From a virus, in the IMG/VR virus record IMGVR_UViG_3300020187_000029: a stretch of 63,421 nucleotides of DNA; one strand, 5' to 3'. A program made the position numbers and the translations under genes. Positions 8,570-19,800 of this stretch are shown one piece after another; within the stretch, counting starts at the first letter, position 1; each line of letters opens with the position of its first letter. The notes under the pieces are model-generated. The model worked only from the letters and a program-made list of their open reading frames with translations. It made no database searches and had not been told where the DNA came from.

Positions 8570-10881
8570 TAAAACACACAGAAAAAGCAAACTATCCAAA
8601 CCATAATGTTGACCCAGTACAAAAGGGAAAGGATTGGTGTTTGTCATACGCTAAAGCAGCGTGGTCAGATTATACTCAACATGGCACCCAATCATTTCAT
8701 AATAACAGAGGCACCTATGCAAAGGTAAAAGACTACGCACAAGGAAATCAAAATATTAATAAATATAAATCATTATTAAATGTTGATGAAGCAGATAATG
8801 AAAGTTGGTTTGCTATTGATTGGACTGTTCTACCAATAGTCCCAAAATTTAGACGTATTGCATTAGGTAAACTAAGCAAAACAGAATACAATATTACAGC
8901 CACACCTATAGATTCATTGGCTCAGTCAGATATAGAAACATATTATAAGACTACAAAAGCAAAAATGGATCTTAGAAATATGGCTTCTAAATCCATGCCT
9001 GGTGTAGAAGAATTCAGTGCTTTAAAGGCTCAACCAAAAGAACCTTTAAATGATGAAGAATTAGAAATGCACATGGCTTATACATATAAGCACAATGCCT
9101 CCATTGAAATGGAACAAGGGATTGACCTCATCTTTCATACAAACGATATGGAGGAAAAGCGTAAACAAATAAACGAGTATTTATTTGATTTTGGTGTTGC
9201 AGGATATAAAGAATATATCGATAGTAACGGTGCTGTAAAAATAAGAGTTGTTGATCCTGGTAAATTATTAATATCGCATTGTAATAAAAGAGATTTTACT
9301 GACAAAATACATGTAGGTGAAATTACAGAGATGTCTATTTCTGATCTAAAACAAAGAGCAGGTAGCCAGTTTGATGAAAAAGAATATCAGGATATTGCAG
9401 ATAGGTTTTCTGGAAGGCAAGGGGATACAAAAATGTTCCCAAGCAACAAAAAACACTTTAAGCATTATGATGACAGAAAAATATTAGTCTTAGATATAGA
9501 GTTTTTCTCTGTGGACCAAATGGTTCACGAGTCTAGAACAGACAGAAGAGGAAATAAAAGATTTGGAAGGGCAGGTTATAATAGTTATAACAAGAAAAAA
9601 AATAAATTTATTAGATCATCATACAAAACGGTTTATAAAATATCATGGATAGTTGATTCTGATTATTGTTTTGACTATGGTTTATGTTCTGATATGAAAA
9701 GAGTAAAATCAAACTTGATGGATACAGATTTATCCTATCATTTGTATGCTCCAGATTTTCACAGCATGAAGCCATTAGGTATAATGGAACAATTACTGCC
9801 TATTGCTGATCAAATACAAATTTCCTGGTATAGGCTTCAAAATACAATTAATCAAGCGAGACCTAAAGGGATTATGATCGAACTCGGTGCTCTTGAGGAT
9901 ATTCCATTAGGAGCAGGTGGTCAACAAATGAAACCGATGGATGTTATTGATTTATTCAATAAAACAGGTACCCTTGTTTACAGAAAAAATGATATAGGTG
10001 GTAAGCCAACTAATTATAAGCCAATTGAAGAATTGGAGAATGGATTAGGTAGAGACGCTATGACTTATTATCAGGTTATTCAAAATAACATTGAAATGAT
10101 CAGGCAGATAACAGGTTTAAATGAATTTACAGATGGTTCTACACCAGACGCAAGATCATTAACAACTACTGCTAAGTTAGCAGCCCAAGCCACTAATAAT
10201 GCATTGGCACATATAGAGCAAGGTGAAAGAAGGTTGTTAGAAAAACTTGCATCAGCGGTTATAGTTAGATTACAGGATTCTGTTAAGAAAAAACCTATAG
10301 AGGGTTATATTAGATCCCTGGGCAAGAACACAATGGATTTCTTTAAAATGACAAAGACTGTCTCTAAGCACGAGTTTGGTGTAAAAATAGAAGACAGGCC
10401 TACAGAAGAGCAAAAAGCAAGACTTATGCAAATACTACAGGCTAGTGTTGCACAAGGACAAGTCGATTTTGAGGATGCTGTATTTATTGAGCAAATAACT
10501 AATTTAAAGCAGGCACAACAAGTATTAGCATATCGTATCAAAAAGAAGCGAGAAGAAGCCCAACAGCAAGCCATGCAGCAGCAAGAGCAAAACGGACAAA
10601 TACAAATGCAGTCTGCTCAATCTGCTGAACAATCTAAGCAACAAACATTACAAATGGAGTTGCAGGGTAAAATGCAAATGGAAAAATTAAAAGCAGAACT
10701 ACAGTCTCAACTGCAAAAAGAGAAATATCAGTTTGAATTAGAGTTGGCAGGTATGAGAGAACAAGGTTCAAGCGAAAGAAGTTTAATGGACAATTTACCA
10801 ACAAAAGAGGCTTTTATGGCGGGTATGCAGGAGCAACCAGAAGAAGCACCAGTTCCTGGAGGAATGCCTCAACAACAATAA
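8566..10881 (+). CDS. Portal protein
   Basis: 771 aa ORF immediately after TerL and before scaffold and MCP, with a Gln-rich C-terminal tail. Confidence 0.65.
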   Translation: MIKHTEKANYPNHNVDPVQKGKDWCLSYAKAAWSDYTQHGTQSFHNNRGTYAKVKDYAQGNQNINKYKSLLNVDEADNESWFAIDWTVLPIVPKFRRIALGKLSKTEYNITATPIDSLAQSDIETYYKTTKAKMDLRNMASKSMPGVEEFSALKAQPKEPLNDEELEMHMAYTYKHNASIEMEQGIDLIFHTNDMEEKRKQINEYLFDFGVAGYKEYIDSNGAVKIRVVDPGKLLISHCNKRDFTDKIHVGEITEMSISDLKQRAGSQFDEKEYQDIADRFSGRQGDTKMFPSNKKHFKHYDDRKILVLDIEFFSVDQMVHESRTDRRGNKRFGRAGYNSYNKKKNKFIRSSYKTVYKISWIVDSDYCFDYGLCSDMKRVKSNLMDTDLSYHLYAPDFHSMKPLGIMEQLLPIADQIQISWYRLQNTINQARPKGIMIELGALEDIPLGAGGQQMKPMDVIDLFNKTGTLVYRKNDIGGKPTNYKPIEELENGLGRDAMTYYQVIQNNIEMIRQITGLNEFTDGSTPDARSLTTTAKLAAQATNNALAHIEQGERRLLEKLASAVIVRLQDSVKKKPIEGYIRSLGKNTMDFFKMTKTVSKHEFGVKIEDRPTEEQKARLMQILQASVAQGQVDFEDAVFIEQITNLKQAQQVLAYRIKKKREEAQQQAMQQQEQNGQIQMQSAQSAEQSKQQTLQMELQGKMQMEKLKAELQSQLQKEKYQFELELAGMREQGSSERSLMDNLPTKEAFMAGMQEQPEEAPVPGGMPQQQ

Positions 10882-10909
10882 TTAACAAACAACAAAACAA
10901 ATTATTATT

Positions 10910-12049
10910 ATGGAAGAACAATTCGATTTATCAGAAGTCAAAGTTATTGACGACAATGGTGAGGCTCAACCTGTAGAGGTTCCTGTAGAGGAAACTGAAA
11001 CAGAGAGTACAGAAACAGAAAACGTAGAGGAAACAGAAGTAGAAGATACTCCTGTTGAAGAAACAGAGGTAATTGATGAGCCAAAAGCAGAAGAAGAACC
11101 TGCGGCTCAAGAAGAAACAACAAAAAGCAATCTACAAGACACTGCTGAGTTATTTGATGAATTAGATAATATATCAAAAGACTTAACAGATGGTAAAGTA
11201 GATAATTTAGAGGACTTTTTTGAAGAGTATAAAAGGATGAGAGATTCGTCTAGTACTCAATATAAAGATGACTACATTAAAAATGCAGTCGAATATTACA
11301 ATAAAACTGGATCGCTTACTCCTTATTTAGAAGCAACTTCAGTTAACTATGGGGAAATGTCTGACGAAAAAATCATGAGACGTGAATTAGAACAGGCAAA
11401 CCCAACTTTATCTGCAAAAGCAATTGAGCGTTTGTATACTAGAGACATAGTTAACAAGTATTCTTTGGACGAGGATAAGTATGATATGGAGGAGGTAGAA
11501 CTTGGTAAGGAACTTCTGAAAGCAGATGCGACTAAACTAAGAGATAAGTTTGTTGACGAACAAAAAAACTTTACTGAACCTGAAATCAAAGAAACTGAAG
11601 ACAATGAAACTGTAGACAATACTGAACAGATGGAAAAATGGGCAGAATCCGTTAATTCTAATGACTTTACTAAAGACGTTTTAGAAAACAAACGTATTTT
11701 AATTGGTTATAATGATGAGAAATTCTCTTATGAAGTGGAAAATCCTGAAGAATTGCAAGCCATGACGGTTGACAATAATAAGTTTTTTGCACTATTTAAG
11801 GATGATCAAGGGCAAGTTGATTTTGATAAATGGTATAGAGTATTGGCTTACGCTTCAGACCCTGAAGTTTATGACTCATCCCTTATTGCACATGGGCAAG
11901 AATTAGGACAAGAAAAGGTTGTTTCGGATTTGAAAAACCCTACTAAACCTACTAAAAGCACACAGCAATATAAAACACCATCTAGCCCATTAGAGGGTTT
12001 ATTTGGTGCACTGAGTAGAGGTGACTCGGATGTTAAAATAATTCGTTAA
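10910..12049 (+). CDS. Scaffolding protein (acidic)
   Basis: Very acidic Glu/Thr/Val-rich N-terminus. Located between portal and MCP. Confidence 0.55.
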   Translation: MEEQFDLSEVKVIDDNGEAQPVEVPVEETETESTETENVEETEVEDTPVEETEVIDEPKAEEEPAAQEETTKSNLQDTAELFDELDNISKDLTDGKVDNLEDFFEEYKRMRDSSSTQYKDDYIKNAVEYYNKTGSLTPYLEATSVNYGEMSDEKIMRRELEQANPTLSAKAIERLYTRDIVNKYSLDEDKYDMEEVELGKELLKADATKLRDKFVDEQKNFTEPEIKETEDNETVDNTEQMEKWAESVNSNDFTKDVLENKRILIGYNDEKFSYEVENPEELQAMTVDNNKFFALFKDDQGQVDFDKWYRVLAYASDPEVYDSSLIAHGQELGQEKVVSDLKNPTKPTKSTQQYKTPSSPLEGLFGALSRGDSDVKIIR

Positions 12050-12069
12050 ATAATATTAAAAAGTAAAAA

Positions 12070-13380
12070 ATGGAAAATTCTAGTTATATAAGTTCTTTAT
12101 CATTCCTACAGCACTCATTCGTGCAAGGAAGAGAGATCTTATCAAGCGTCTTAGACGTACAAAACGAAGAGGAAGGATTCCTTGACGTAATGCAGGCATT
12201 AGGTAAATTAAAGCCTACTAGCCAACCAGTATACCACGCATTTGTAAATGAAGCGTTGTATAAGGATAATGCAATTGAGGTAAAAACAGCAGGATCTGGT
12301 ACAGGCTCACAAGCAGGTATTGAAACTACGGCTATTGGTAATGCAAGAGTTGGTGACCTTATGATGGGTGCTTCTGGTCAAGTATATTTGATCAAAGGAA
12401 TTGCATCTAACGGTGATATCGACTTTACACCAGTAGATGGTGCAGGAGTTGCTGCTGATTACGGTGCAGGATCAAAACTTGTTGTATTCTCGAATGCACA
12501 AGGTGAAGGATCTGGTTCTCCAGACCCAATCAAATATGGTCTTACTAAGCAGTCTAACCGAGTGCAAATCTTTAAAAACAAATACAGAATTTCTGATGTT
12601 GCTAAAGCGTCTAAAATTACTGTTGAGTATAAAGGTAAGCCTTACTTCATGTACAAAGGTACTTACGAAGCATTACAGCGTTTTAGAGGTGATATCTCTA
12701 ATGCATTGATGTTTGGTCAAGGATCAGGTGACTTCTACGCAGGAGCGTCTGTAGGTGATATGTCAATTGGTGGAAATGCAGTACAAACTACTAACGGTCT
12801 TAAGCAAGAACTTAAGAATGGTGGTATTTTAAATTCTGGATCTCCTTACGATCATGCTACTGATGTATTAGCAACATTATCAACCTTAACTGCTGCATTG
12901 AACAAAGCAAGAGCACCAAAAGACTACTGGATGTGGTTAGGTACTTCTGCTAACATTGCTATTGACAATGCATTGAATGGGTTGAATGCAACTGGTTTAA
13001 CTGGTGCTAGATTCTCAGTAGATGGAAAGAACATTGACTTAGGTGTTGACAAGTTTAGCCTTTACGGAAGAACTTGGAACAAAAAGCAATTATCAATCTT
13101 AGATCACAATGAACTAGGTTCTACAGTAACAGGATCTGGTGAGATTTACCTTGTACCAACTGGACAAGTTAAAACCGCAGGTGGTGGTGGATCACAAGAT
13201 TACCTACAAGTACGTTACTTAGAAGGAGATGGAAACAACTTCTCTTTCAGAGAAACTTTGACAGGTGGACTTGCTCCAACTCCAACTAGTGCTGATTCAA
13301 TTCTTGACGTAAACTACCAGGCTATTATGGGTCTAGAAGTTTTAGGAAAAGAACACTGTGCACTTGTTACAGGATTTTAG
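12070..13380 (+). CDS. Major capsid protein
   Basis: 436 aa Gly/Ala/Ser-rich ORF after the scaffold, followed by a strong intrinsic terminator. Confidence 0.65.
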   Translation: MENSSYISSLSFLQHSFVQGREILSSVLDVQNEEEGFLDVMQALGKLKPTSQPVYHAFVNEALYKDNAIEVKTAGSGTGSQAGIETTAIGNARVGDLMMGASGQVYLIKGIASNGDIDFTPVDGAGVAADYGAGSKLVVFSNAQGEGSGSPDPIKYGLTKQSNRVQIFKNKYRISDVAKASKITVEYKGKPYFMYKGTYEALQRFRGDISNALMFGQGSGDFYAGASVGDMSIGGNAVQTTNGLKQELKNGGILNSGSPYDHATDVLATLSTLTAALNKARAPKDYWMWLGTSANIAIDNALNGLNATGLTGARFSVDGKNIDLGVDKFSLYGRTWNKKQLSILDHNELGSTVTGSGEIYLVPTGQVKTAGGGGSQDYLQVRYLEGDGNNFSFRETLTGGLAPTPTSADSILDVNYQAIMGLEVLGKEHCALVTGF

Positions 13381-13395
13381 TAATAAATAACCTTA

Positions 13396-13430
13396 AGAAG
13401 AGGGGAGGTAACCCCTCCCTTCTTTTTTTT
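13396..13430 (+). terminator. Rho-independent terminator after the MCP gene
   Basis: GAAGAGGGGAGG-taacc-CCTCCCTTCTTT stem (about 12 bp including G-U pairs), followed by a T-run. Confidence 0.8.
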
Positions 13431-13444
13431 AAAACCCAACAATT

Positions 13445-14266
13445 ATGATTAAAACTAAAGAGTACAACAACGTAAAAACACCGCCTCAACTAAAAAGAAA
13501 TGAGGTAAAGGTTTTTCAATATTTAAATGTGAAAGCCGATAAGCAAAACCCTGGTAAAGTGGTAATGCCATCTGTTCACATGGTTCCTCAAGTAGACAGA
13601 GTTTACGACAAAGAGTTAGATGATTATGTAGATATTGCATCTATAGCATCAATAGGTGTTGGAGGAAAACCGTCATTTAATACCATACAGTTTACGAAGC
13701 AGGAAAAGGGTTTAATGCCCTTAAGAGGTAATAGAACAGGAGATAGAGAAATATTTCAATATTTAATGTTGTCTAACTATAATGCTTCTAATCCTGATAG
13801 GGACACAAGCATTGTTCCTTTATTTAAATTAGTAGAGCCTACGAAAGAGGCCGCTGATAGCAGAAAACAAAGAACTTTAAGAAGGGACGCTATGAATGTC
13901 GCTGCTGAACTATCTGCTGCTGAAGTAAGAGTATTTATTGCTGCTTTAAATAAGGATGAAAAAAGAGATATTTCTATACTAAGAGATGAGTTAGAAATTA
14001 TGGCTGAAAAGGATCCACAAAAATTCATCACATTAAGTAAGGATAAAAACAAGTCTATTCAGGCAACCTGTAAGTCTGCTATTGACAAAAAACTTATAAA
14101 GTTCGATAAAGGTAATAGTACTTTTTCATGGGTCTCCACAGGTGAGACTATAGTGCAAGTACCTAGATCATCTAAATCAAGTTATTTACAGGGGTTCACC
14201 AACTTTGTTTTGAGTAACAAAAATGGGGAATTAGTTTACGAAGAAATCGTAAAATTGCTTAAATAA
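13445..14266 (+). CDS. Hypothetical virion-module protein (273 aa)
   Basis: ORF bracketed by two intrinsic terminators. Confidence 0.6.
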   Translation: MIKTKEYNNVKTPPQLKRNEVKVFQYLNVKADKQNPGKVVMPSVHMVPQVDRVYDKELDDYVDIASIASIGVGGKPSFNTIQFTKQEKGLMPLRGNRTGDREIFQYLMLSNYNASNPDRDTSIVPLFKLVEPTKEAADSRKQRTLRRDAMNVAAELSAAEVRVFIAALNKDEKRDISILRDELEIMAEKDPQKFITLSKDKNKSIQATCKSAIDKKLIKFDKGNSTFSWVSTGETIVQVPRSSKSSYLQGFTNFVLSNKNGELVYEEIVKLLK

Positions 14267-14286
14267 TTTGTTGTTGGTTTGTTTTG

Positions 14287-14329
14287 AAGTCGGCCAAAGT
14301 AAATTAATACTGAGGCCGACTTTTTTTTT
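14287..14329 (+). terminator. Rho-independent terminator
   Basis: AAGTCGGCC ... GGCCGACTT 9-bp stem followed by T9. Confidence 0.75.
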
Positions 14330-14337
14330 CGTAAAAT

Positions 14338-15579
14338 ATGAGCACATATAAAGATGATACTATAGAGGTATCTGCAAGATTTCTGTTAAAATTTGACATC
14401 ACTTCCGTACCAAAAATGGTAGTGACAGATAGTTCTATTGCTACAGTAGAGGGTGAAAATCAAACTGGCTATGTGTTTATACGAGTCACAAAACCTAACG
14501 GAATTATAAGGGAACCAGACATGAATGTCCCAGACATGACTATTGTCTTTAGTAGTGTTCCTACAAAACCGCCTGAAAGTAAATGGGAATATATATTGCC
14601 ACTTTCTTCATCTGACGGAAATCCTAGTGAAGGTTTATACAAAATAGAATATATTTTAAAAGTAGGTGAAGTTTCAGAAACTTTAACTACTAATATAAAA
14701 CAAATTGATTTTAGTTTTGATTATAAAACTTTAAGGTGCATAAATTTAATAGATGAGTTTACTCCTAGTGTAAAAGTTAGAGACACTACTGAAGATTATA
14801 CGGTAACAAACTACGATTTAAATAGCGTTACACGAACTTTTGAATCTTCTAATGGTGTAGGACTCGATATTGATAAAAAGGTCTCTAATGGCTTCTCTGA
14901 GGAAGACAGGACCTTTGATTTAAGAGATCAAGAGGGTAAATACCAGGATTCTACTTATACCACATATATAGATGTTGTGTGTGAACACCAACATATAGAG
15001 TTTGATTGGTTTTCGGTAAGTGTAAAATTAAATAATACTTTAACAACAGATGTATTTAAAGCACCAACACGAGCAGAACTCTTATCATATATAGATGTTG
15101 TAAGAAATTTAATGGACACTTATGTAAATTACAATGATACTCTTTATGCTAGATACAGTAAAGATTACGAATACATTATAACAAGTTTTCAGCATTTTGA
15201 AGATAGATTGTCTGAGAGACAAACAGGTCAAGACACGACAGAGATATTAAGAGATATGATGGATGTTATTAGAAGTAATGTTCCAAGAGATCATACTTCT
15301 GAAGAAATACTACCAGTTGATATTAGGGATTATATTCCTTCTGTAGATTGGGATCAAATAACAAACAAACCAATATATAATCCATTTGCAACATACGAAA
15401 AAAAATTCCCTACACCTCTTTATCAATGGGATGTCATTCATAGTTTAAATAAAAAGCCAACAGTTACACTTGTTGATGACTATGAAAATATTGTGTATGG
15501 GGCGGTAGAATACGTAAATTTGAACATTATAAAAATAACATTTAACACATTAACCTCTGGTAAGGTTTATATAAATTAA
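14338..15579 (+). CDS. Hypothetical structural protein (413 aa)
   Basis: Long ORF in the structural block. Confidence 0.6.
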   Translation: MSTYKDDTIEVSARFLLKFDITSVPKMVVTDSSIATVEGENQTGYVFIRVTKPNGIIREPDMNVPDMTIVFSSVPTKPPESKWEYILPLSSSDGNPSEGLYKIEYILKVGEVSETLTTNIKQIDFSFDYKTLRCINLIDEFTPSVKVRDTTEDYTVTNYDLNSVTRTFESSNGVGLDIDKKVSNGFSEEDRTFDLRDQEGKYQDSTYTTYIDVVCEHQHIEFDWFSVSVKLNNTLTTDVFKAPTRAELLSYIDVVRNLMDTYVNYNDTLYARYSKDYEYIITSFQHFEDRLSERQTGQDTTEILRDMMDVIRSNVPRDHTSEEILPVDIRDYIPSVDWDQITNKPIYNPFATYEKKFPTPLYQWDVIHSLNKKPTVTLVDDYENIVYGAVEYVNLNIIKITFNTLTSGKVYIN

Positions 15580-15585
15580 TACATC

Positions 15586-16797
15586 ATGGCAATAGACTTT
15601 TTACATCATCTTGATCTCAATCAGAATCAAGTAAAAAATGTCGTAATAGACAACATCACAACTGATGCGTTTAAAGAACTTAACGCAGTCGAAGACACAG
15701 GAACTCAACCAGTCGCAGGACAGGCTGTATTTATTACAACAACTAGCAAGTTTAGATTCTACGATGGCTCTGCTTGGGTAACTCTAGGAGAGACCTTGAC
15801 TGAGGCTGAGGTAAGAGCGATGTTTGAGGTATCTGATACAGGTGGTGATGGTAGTTTGTCTTATGATAAAGATACAGGTAAATTTACTTACACAGGGCCA
15901 AGTGCTACTGAGGTAAGAGCACACTTTTCACAAGGTACAGGTATTACTATTACTGATGGTGAAATTGCAACCACTATCACGCAATACGCAGATGCTGATG
16001 TACAGGCTTATATAAGCGAAGGTACTGGTGTTACTATAAGTGCAACAGGTCAAATATCTATTGGACAAGCAGTAGCAACAACTAGCGATGTAACATTTAA
16101 TTCAGTTACAACAGAGGCAGACATTACATCTAACAAAGGAAATCTTTCAATTGGAGGTAATGCTGTAATTAAAGGAAACCTTAGTGTTGAAGGTTCTACT
16201 GTAACAGTTAACCAAACACAGGTAAATGTTCAAAACGCTTTTGTCTTTGAGGGAGCAACAGCAGATGAGTTTGAAACAACTTTATCTATTGAAGAACCTA
16301 CAAAGGATCAAACAATAAATCTACCAGATGCTTCAGGAACAATTGCATTAACATCGCAACTTAATCCTTTCGATGCTGCTGATGCTAAGACTGCTGTAGG
16401 TGAGATGGTTACTGGAAATACAGAAACAGGCTTATCTGTAACTTATGAATCATCCGATCAAACTCTAGACTTTAAATTAACAGCAGATCCAACAATTACC
16501 TTAACTGGTGATGTGACTGGTTCTGGTACAATGACTAATCTTGGAGATGTTTCTATTGCACTAGATACAGTAAAAAACAAAGCATACTCTTCCCTAATGC
16601 CAAAAGAAGCAGCATCCAATAGTTTTGCTGTTTCACATGGATTAAACACAGAAAATGTTATTGTTCAGTTATATAAAGGTGGTAAGTTAATTTACGCAGA
16701 TGTAACTGTAAAAGATAAAGACACAGTTTCAATAGATTTTGCAAAAGATCAAGCAGTAGGAGAAATAAAAGTAAACATTTTGTCGGCTGCTGTCTAA
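15586..16797 (+). CDS. Tail fiber-like protein (403 aa)
   Basis: Its N-terminus MAIDFLHHL parallels MAIEFIHSL of the next fiber gene. Thr/Gly/Val-rich beta-type sequence. Confidence 0.5.
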   Translation: MAIDFLHHLDLNQNQVKNVVIDNITTDAFKELNAVEDTGTQPVAGQAVFITTTSKFRFYDGSAWVTLGETLTEAEVRAMFEVSDTGGDGSLSYDKDTGKFTYTGPSATEVRAHFSQGTGITITDGEIATTITQYADADVQAYISEGTGVTISATGQISIGQAVATTSDVTFNSVTTEADITSNKGNLSIGGNAVIKGNLSVEGSTVTVNQTQVNVQNAFVFEGATADEFETTLSIEEPTKDQTINLPDASGTIALTSQLNPFDAADAKTAVGEMVTGNTETGLSVTYESSDQTLDFKLTADPTITLTGDVTGSGTMTNLGDVSIALDTVKNKAYSSLMPKEAASNSFAVSHGLNTENVIVQLYKGGKLIYADVTVKDKDTVSIDFAKDQAVGEIKVNILSAAV

Positions 16798-16810
16798 AAA
16801 AAATTAAGAC

Positions 16811-19800
16811 ATGGCAATAGAATTCATTCACTCGTTAGAAGTAGCAGGGGATTTAACAGTAGATGGTGTAATCTCAAAAAGTGATGGAGGTTCTTCGACA
16901 CAATGGGATGCTGCCTACGGTTGGGGTAACCATGCTGATGCAGGATATTCAACCTCAGATCACAACCATGATGCTAGATATTTAAAACTATCTGGCGGAA
17001 CTATAACCAGTGCAACAGCAGTTGGGTTAACAATAAATCACGACACTTTTAATAAAGGATTAATACTTGAAAGAAAGCATGACTCTAATGCTGCTTCTAT
17101 TAAGTTTAAAAATACTACCTCAACACAAGGAACATTGTTCGCTATAAGTAATGATAATTCTTTGTATTGGAGACATGGTGATGAAACAGATAACTACAAG
17201 TTATGGACTGCAAAAGACTTTTCCGAAACAGACGTTGCTAACGGAGTTACAGCCCATGGATGGTCTAACCATGCTGATGCAGGATACATAAAAACAATTC
17301 CAAGAACCTATGGTAATGCTACTACAATATTAGATAGAGCAATTGAATTTCATGACAACGGAGGTGATTTATCCTGGATTGTTGGTGCAGATGATAGAGG
17401 AGGAGTTGGCACACCAGGTCAAAATGCTTTTGTAATTAGAACATTAAAAGGAACAAGGTTTCCACAAGACACAACTTGGAATTCAAAAGGAACTGAGGTT
17501 TTTGGAATAGACGACAGTGGTAATGTTGGTATCAATGTTACACAAGCAGACTATCTTGAAAGAGTTAATATTGGTGGTAATATTCGTATCACAGGTGGTA
17601 TTGAGGCTGATGGTTATAAACCTACTGAATGGGATGCTGCGTATACCTTCTCTACAGGAACTCACGCACCAACAGATGCAGAAAAAAACGTACAATCAGA
17701 TTGGACTGAAGCAACTACGACAAGCGATGCTTTTATACTTAATAAACCTAGTATAATAACAACTGGTCACACAAATGCTCTTTTTACCTCACTAGACGAT
17801 GTAGATGATAATAGAGTAGACAGTCAAACAAACTATACGCAAGGACCACACGCAAACCATAGTATTGTAATGACTCTGAAAAGTGCAGCATCTTCAGGTA
17901 GACGAGCACAGTTATTTTTTGGAGACACCTCAGCAGGAGGTATGCATTTAAGACTCCATCAAGGTGGTGAGGCTTGGCATCCCTGGAAGAAAGTATGGAC
18001 ATCTAATGAGTTTTCAAGTGATGATGTCGCTAACGGAGTTACTGCACATGGTTGGGGTAATCACGCAGACGAGGATTACTTAACTGCACTACCTAGTCAC
18101 AATCATGATGGCAGGTATTTAAAATTAAACCCAAGACTTAAAGCAAATGCAGATACAATAACTCAGTCAGGAATTCATATTTGGGATGTTAGCGAGGCTA
18201 CAGATGATCCTGAAGGTGCATCAGATGGTTTACTAACTACTAAGTTTTGGGATTCTTCAGGTTGGGCAGTACAGTCTTACCATGACTTTCACCATAATAA
18301 ACTTTACATAAGAAGTAAACAAAGCAGTAATTGGCAAGATAAGTGGGCACAAGTTCATACAACAGATAGTTTTACAATTAGTGATGTTGAACAAGGTCAA
18401 ACAGCATACAGTTGGGGTAACCATGCCGATGCAGGTTATGTCAAAACAGACACCGACACCGTTTTTAATGGTGGAAATGTAGACAATCCAGTTGTTATAG
18501 ATAACACCTCTGCTAATTGTGTTTTACACTGGTCAGATAGTGGTGATTCTACAGGTGCAATAAAAATTAAATTACCAGGATTTCATAGTAAATCGAACTG
18601 GTCTATGCTTGTAATGAGGGTGACCTTATATGAGTACACATCAGATGCACATACAATTTATACTGTATCAGGACATGACTGGACAAGTGGATGGTATAAT
18701 AAAAGAATTAAAAAGCATGGAGAGAGTGCTAAGGAATTAAAGTATGCGTTCTCATCCTCAGCAGATGAAGATTATTTAATTTTAGGAGAGGTAGGTGATA
18801 AATTTAAATATGGTCATGTTACGGTAGATGTAATTGCTCACCCAGGGTTTTACCATGGTGCAATGAATTTAACATCTGGATGGGAAATAAGCCAGGTAAC
18901 AAGTCTTGAAGGTGTTACAGAACAAGAATCAACTAATGAAAAAGTAATAGATACAGCAAACCCATCTGTTGCTAATTGGGATACAGCCTACGGTTGGGGT
19001 AATCATGCTGACGGTGGATATCTTACATCTCTACCTACTCATGGTCATGAAACTATTCAAGCAGAATCAACATATTCTATAGACGTAAAAGATCATGGAG
19101 GTCATACTTGGTTTAGAAATGCTACAAATATGTGGACTTTCCAAGGTGGATCTAGTGGTGATGATTGGACACAAACATTTACTCATTACTTACCAAGTAG
19201 AACTACTGCCAATGCTCAAATGATGCAGATTGGACAAAGAGATTCTAATGCTGTTGATGGTAGTTATAAAGGTGTTAGAATTGTAAAATACGCTGCAAGT
19301 AAAGTTGTTGACGGTCATTTACAAGTTGGAACTATTTCTATAACAGATGGATCATCAGACAATTGGAATACTGCCTACGGATGGGGTAACCATGCAGATG
19401 GTGGATATCTAACGTCATATTCAGAGACATCAGATCTAGAAAGTGTTCGTGCAAGAGACAATAGCATTGCAGGTGTAATTAACTTTACTCCTGATACTGG
19501 AGATATATTACAGGTAGATGGTCAAGTAATACTTAAAAGAACTACAGCAAACGGAGGAATAACTATTGGTCATGATGATGCTGTAATTATAGCAGGTGGT
19601 GATACGTCAAGCACATTAAATGCCAATATTAATAATGCAGAAGAGACTGTATTTATTGGTGCTGAAGGTGGTCTAAAAGTATTTGCATTTCCAGATAATA
19701 TGTCTGGAGGATGGGGTGCTAGAAAAGAATGGAGATTCCAAAATGATGGTGATACAGACTTTCCTGGAAAATTATACCCAAGTGGCGGAAGTACGCACTA